Of a stretch of DNA of 8,873 nucleotides, positions 7,117 to 8,873 are shown piece by piece. This DNA is from a virus. Its lineage: Duplodnaviria; Heunggongvirae; Uroviricota; Caudoviricetes. How positions within the stretch are numbered: the first letter of the stretch is position 1; every line of letters starts with the position of its first letter. A model generated the notes under the pieces. The model was not told the origin of the DNA and made no database searches. It saw only the letters and a program-made list of their open reading frames with translations. The DNA is taken from the IMG/VR virus record IMGVR_UViG_2663763220_000006; one strand, given 5' to 3'. The position numbers were made by a program, and so were the translations under genes.

Positions 7117-7503
7117 ATGGCTACGAAAGAAGAAAACCTGAAACGTCTTTGTGAGCTGGCTGAGAGGCTGGGGCGTGAACCGGATGTCTCCGGTAGTGCG
7201 GCAGATATTGCGCAGCGAGTGGCGGAACTGGAGGAAGAGCTTGGAGATGCGGGGGAGGTCGCAGAGCCGGATACGTACTCACCATCGAAAGATGATCCGA
7301 CCGCGCATAAAGGCGAGTCAGTTCCTGAACAGCCAGGCATTGTTACCGGAGACGAAACGGGGCAGGTTACGGTGGTGGCACTGGCGACACTGCATACAAA
7401 ATGTAATGGTTCAGTGATATTTGTTTCACCGGGAACGTCGTTTCGTGTTTCTGCTGAGGTGGCTGCCAGCATGGCGGCAGGTGGTCTGGCAAAAAGGCAG
7501 TAA
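7117..7503 (+). CDS. FI: DNA-packaging / head assembly protein FI (lambda gpFI-like)
   Basis: The C-terminal half (…VTVVALATLHT…VSPGTSFRVSAEVAASMAAGGLAKRQ) matches recalled lambda FI (…VTVVALVKLHT…VLPGTAFRVSAGVAAEMTERGLARMQ), as does the N-terminal …RVAELEEEL. ATG at 7117 with AGGAG at 7107-7111. The tracked ORF start at 7084 lies inside the terminator loop and lacks an RBS, so 7117 is preferred. Confidence 0.83.
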   Translation: MATKEENLKRLCELAERLGREPDVSGSAADIAQRVAELEEELGDAGEVAEPDTYSPSKDDPTAHKGESVPEQPGIVTGDETGQVTVVALATLHTKCNGSVIFVSPGTSFRVSAEVAASMAAGGLAKRQ

Positions 7504-7514
7504 CAGGAGATGTC

Positions 7515-7892
7515 GTGGACGGTTTCGATAATCTGTTTGATGCTGCGCTTGCCGGTGTCAATGAAGTCATTCTCCGTGATATGGGGATCAGCGCCGTCAT
7601 TACGTCCGGAGAACTTGAGGGGACACACCTGACAGGGGTTTTTGATGATCCCGAAAGTATTTCTTTTGTTGCCGGGGGGATCCGGCTTGAGGATTCCTCA
7701 CCGTGCCTGTTTGTGAAAACGGCAGATATATCGCAGTTACGCCGTCAGGATACGTTAACTATCGGGGATGATTCTTTCTTTGTGGATCGTATTACTCCGG
7801 ATGACGGGGGATGCTGTTATATCCGGTTAAGGCGGGGCAGTCCTGCCCCACAGAATAATGCCAGAATGAGGCGATATGATGAAGGGACTTGA
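7515..7892 (+). CDS. FII: Head-tail joining protein FII (lambda gpFII-like)
   Basis: GTG start at 7515 with AGGAG at 7505-7509. Product (M)DGFDNLFDAA…GVFDDPESISF…LRRQDTLTIGDDSFFVDRITPDDGG… matches recalled lambda FII MADFDNLFDAA…GVFDDPENISY…LRRGDTLTIGEENFWVDRVSPDDGG…. Confidence 0.88.
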   Translation: MDGFDNLFDAALAGVNEVILRDMGISAVITSGELEGTHLTGVFDDPESISFVAGGIRLEDSSPCLFVKTADISQLRRQDTLTIGDDSFFVDRITPDDGGCCYIRLRRGSPAPQNNARMRRYDEGT

Positions 7893-8463
7893 GAATGCCA
7901 TCCGCAATCTGAACAGCCTCGATACCCGCATGGTGCCACAGACCAGCGCATGGGCGGTAAACCGTGTGGCGGCAAAGATTGTTTCTGTCGCCACACGGCA
8001 GGTTGCGCAGAATACCGTTGCCGGGGATAACCAGGTGAAAGGTATTCCCCTGAAAACGGTCAGGGAGCGTGTCAGGCTGCTTAAAGCCAGCCCCTCAGGA
8101 AAAATGTATGCCCGCATGCGTGTTAACCGGGGTAACCTGCCCGCCATTAAGCTGGGTACCGCACAGGTCAGACTGGCCCGCTCCCGGCATGGCAGCAACT
8201 CACGTCATCGTGGCAGCGTACTGAAAGTGGGGAAATACCTTTTCCGGGATGCGTTTATTCAGCAACTGGCGAATGGTCGCTGGCATGTGATGCGGCGTAT
8301 TGACGGCAAAAATCGTTACCCCATTGATGTGGTGAAAATCCCGATGTCCGGACCGCTGACACAGGCATTTGAAGATGCCCGCGACCGCATCATTGCTGCG
8401 GAAATGCCGAAACAGCTGGGGTATGCCCTGAAACAACAACTGAGGTTACATCTGAGTAAATGA
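7876..8463 (+). CDS. Z: Tail assembly / tail completion protein Z (lambda gpZ-like)
   Basis: Product MMKGLENAIRNL…VNRVA…AFIQQLANGRWHVMRRIDGKNRYPIDVVKIPM…LGYALKQQLR… matches recalled lambda gpZ (MAIKGLEQAVENL…INRVA…AFIQQLKNGRWHVMQRVAGKNRYPIDVVKIPM…LGYALQHQLR…). GAGG at 7868-7871. Start could be the ATG at 7876 or at 7879. Overlaps the FII 3' end by 17 nt. Confidence 0.88.
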   Translation: MMKGLENAIRNLNSLDTRMVPQTSAWAVNRVAAKIVSVATRQVAQNTVAGDNQVKGIPLKTVRERVRLLKASPSGKMYARMRVNRGNLPAIKLGTAQVRLARSRHGSNSRHRGSVLKVGKYLFRDAFIQQLANGRWHVMRRIDGKNRYPIDVVKIPMSGPLTQAFEDARDRIIAAEMPKQLGYALKQQLRLHLSK

Positions 8464-8861
8464 ACCGACACACACAAATCCGTCAGAGCGTGCTGGCACG
8501 CCTTCGGGAACAGTGTGGAGACAGCGCCACGTTTTTTGACGGGCTTCCGGCATTTATTGATGCGCAGGAACTGCCCGCCGTGGCGGTGTGGCTGAGTGAT
8601 GCGCAGTACACCGGAAAAATGACGGATGAGGACGACTGGCAGGCTGTTCTGCATATTGCCGTTTTCGTCCGTGCACAGGCGCCGGATTCTGAGCTGGATA
8701 CGTGGATGGAGAACACCATATTTCCGGCCATGAAGGATATTCCGGTGCTTTCCGGACTCATCGACACCATGATCCCACTCGGTTTTAACTATCAACGTGA
8801 TAATGAGATGGCCACCTGGGCGATGGCGGAAATCACGTACCAGATCACGTACACGAATTAA
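8460..8861 (+). CDS. U: Tail terminator protein U (lambda gpU-like)
   Basis: 133-aa product with …ATFFDG-PA…PAVAV-L…YTG…W…LHI-VF…AQ-PDSELD-WME… matching recalled lambda gpU (…ATFFDGRPAVFDEADFPAVAVYLTGAEYTG…LHIEVFLPAQVPDSELDAWMES…). The ATG overlaps the Z stop (ATGA). Confidence 0.88.
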   Translation: MNRHTQIRQSVLARLREQCGDSATFFDGLPAFIDAQELPAVAVWLSDAQYTGKMTDEDDWQAVLHIAVFVRAQAPDSELDTWMENTIFPAMKDIPVLSGLIDTMIPLGFNYQRDNEMATWAMAEITYQITYTN

Positions 8862-8866
8862 GGAGG
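8861..8866 (+). promoter_or_regulatory. Strong Shine-Dalgarno (AGGAGG) for the next gene, whose start would be an ATG at 8872-8874 completed just beyond the window (expected: major tail protein V homolog)
   Basis: aAGGAGGtggtaAT at the 3' edge directly after the U stop codon (8859-8861). Lambda synteny puts V after U. Confidence 0.4.
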
Positions 8867-8873
8867 TGGTAAT

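Noticed and set aside
1-8873. CRISPR array, tRNA, rRNA or insertion-sequence signatures
   Set aside because: No direct-repeat and spacer periodicity, no cloverleaf-like or rRNA-like segments, and no terminal inverted repeats flanking a transposase-like ORF. The whole window is covered by phage structural genes.

Overview
The window is a contiguous, single-strand (+) lambda-like head-morphogenesis / DNA-packaging late-operon module, in the same gene order as phage lambda: 3' part of the small terminase (Nu1-like), large terminase (gpA-like), gpW, portal (gpB-like), gpC protease with an in-frame nested Nu3-like scaffold, gpD decoration protein, gpE major capsid protein, FI, FII, then tail genes Z and U, with a ribosome-binding site for the next gene (probably the major tail protein) at the 3' edge. 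Assignments rest on recalled lambda protein sequences and synteny, not on a database search. The sequence is clearly not lambda itself (substantial divergence), so it is most likely a lambdoid prophage in an enterobacterial draft assembly (there is a 139-nt N gap). I do not see a non-phage cargo gene, defence system, RNA gene or CRISPR array; genes are tightly packed with overlapping start/stop codons. What deserves a second look are anomalies inside the module: a +1 frameshift in the portal gene at a T6 homopolymer, at least three tandem ~46-50 aa repeats in the scaffold domain that run into the assembly gap, a frame discontinuity across the gap, a possible compensated double-frameshift patch at the gpA C-terminus, in-frame stops that truncate the Nu1-like gene at the 5' edge, and a terminator-like hairpin right after the major capsid gene. 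Several of these could be draft-assembly errors or signs of a decaying prophage; the sequence alone cannot tell which.
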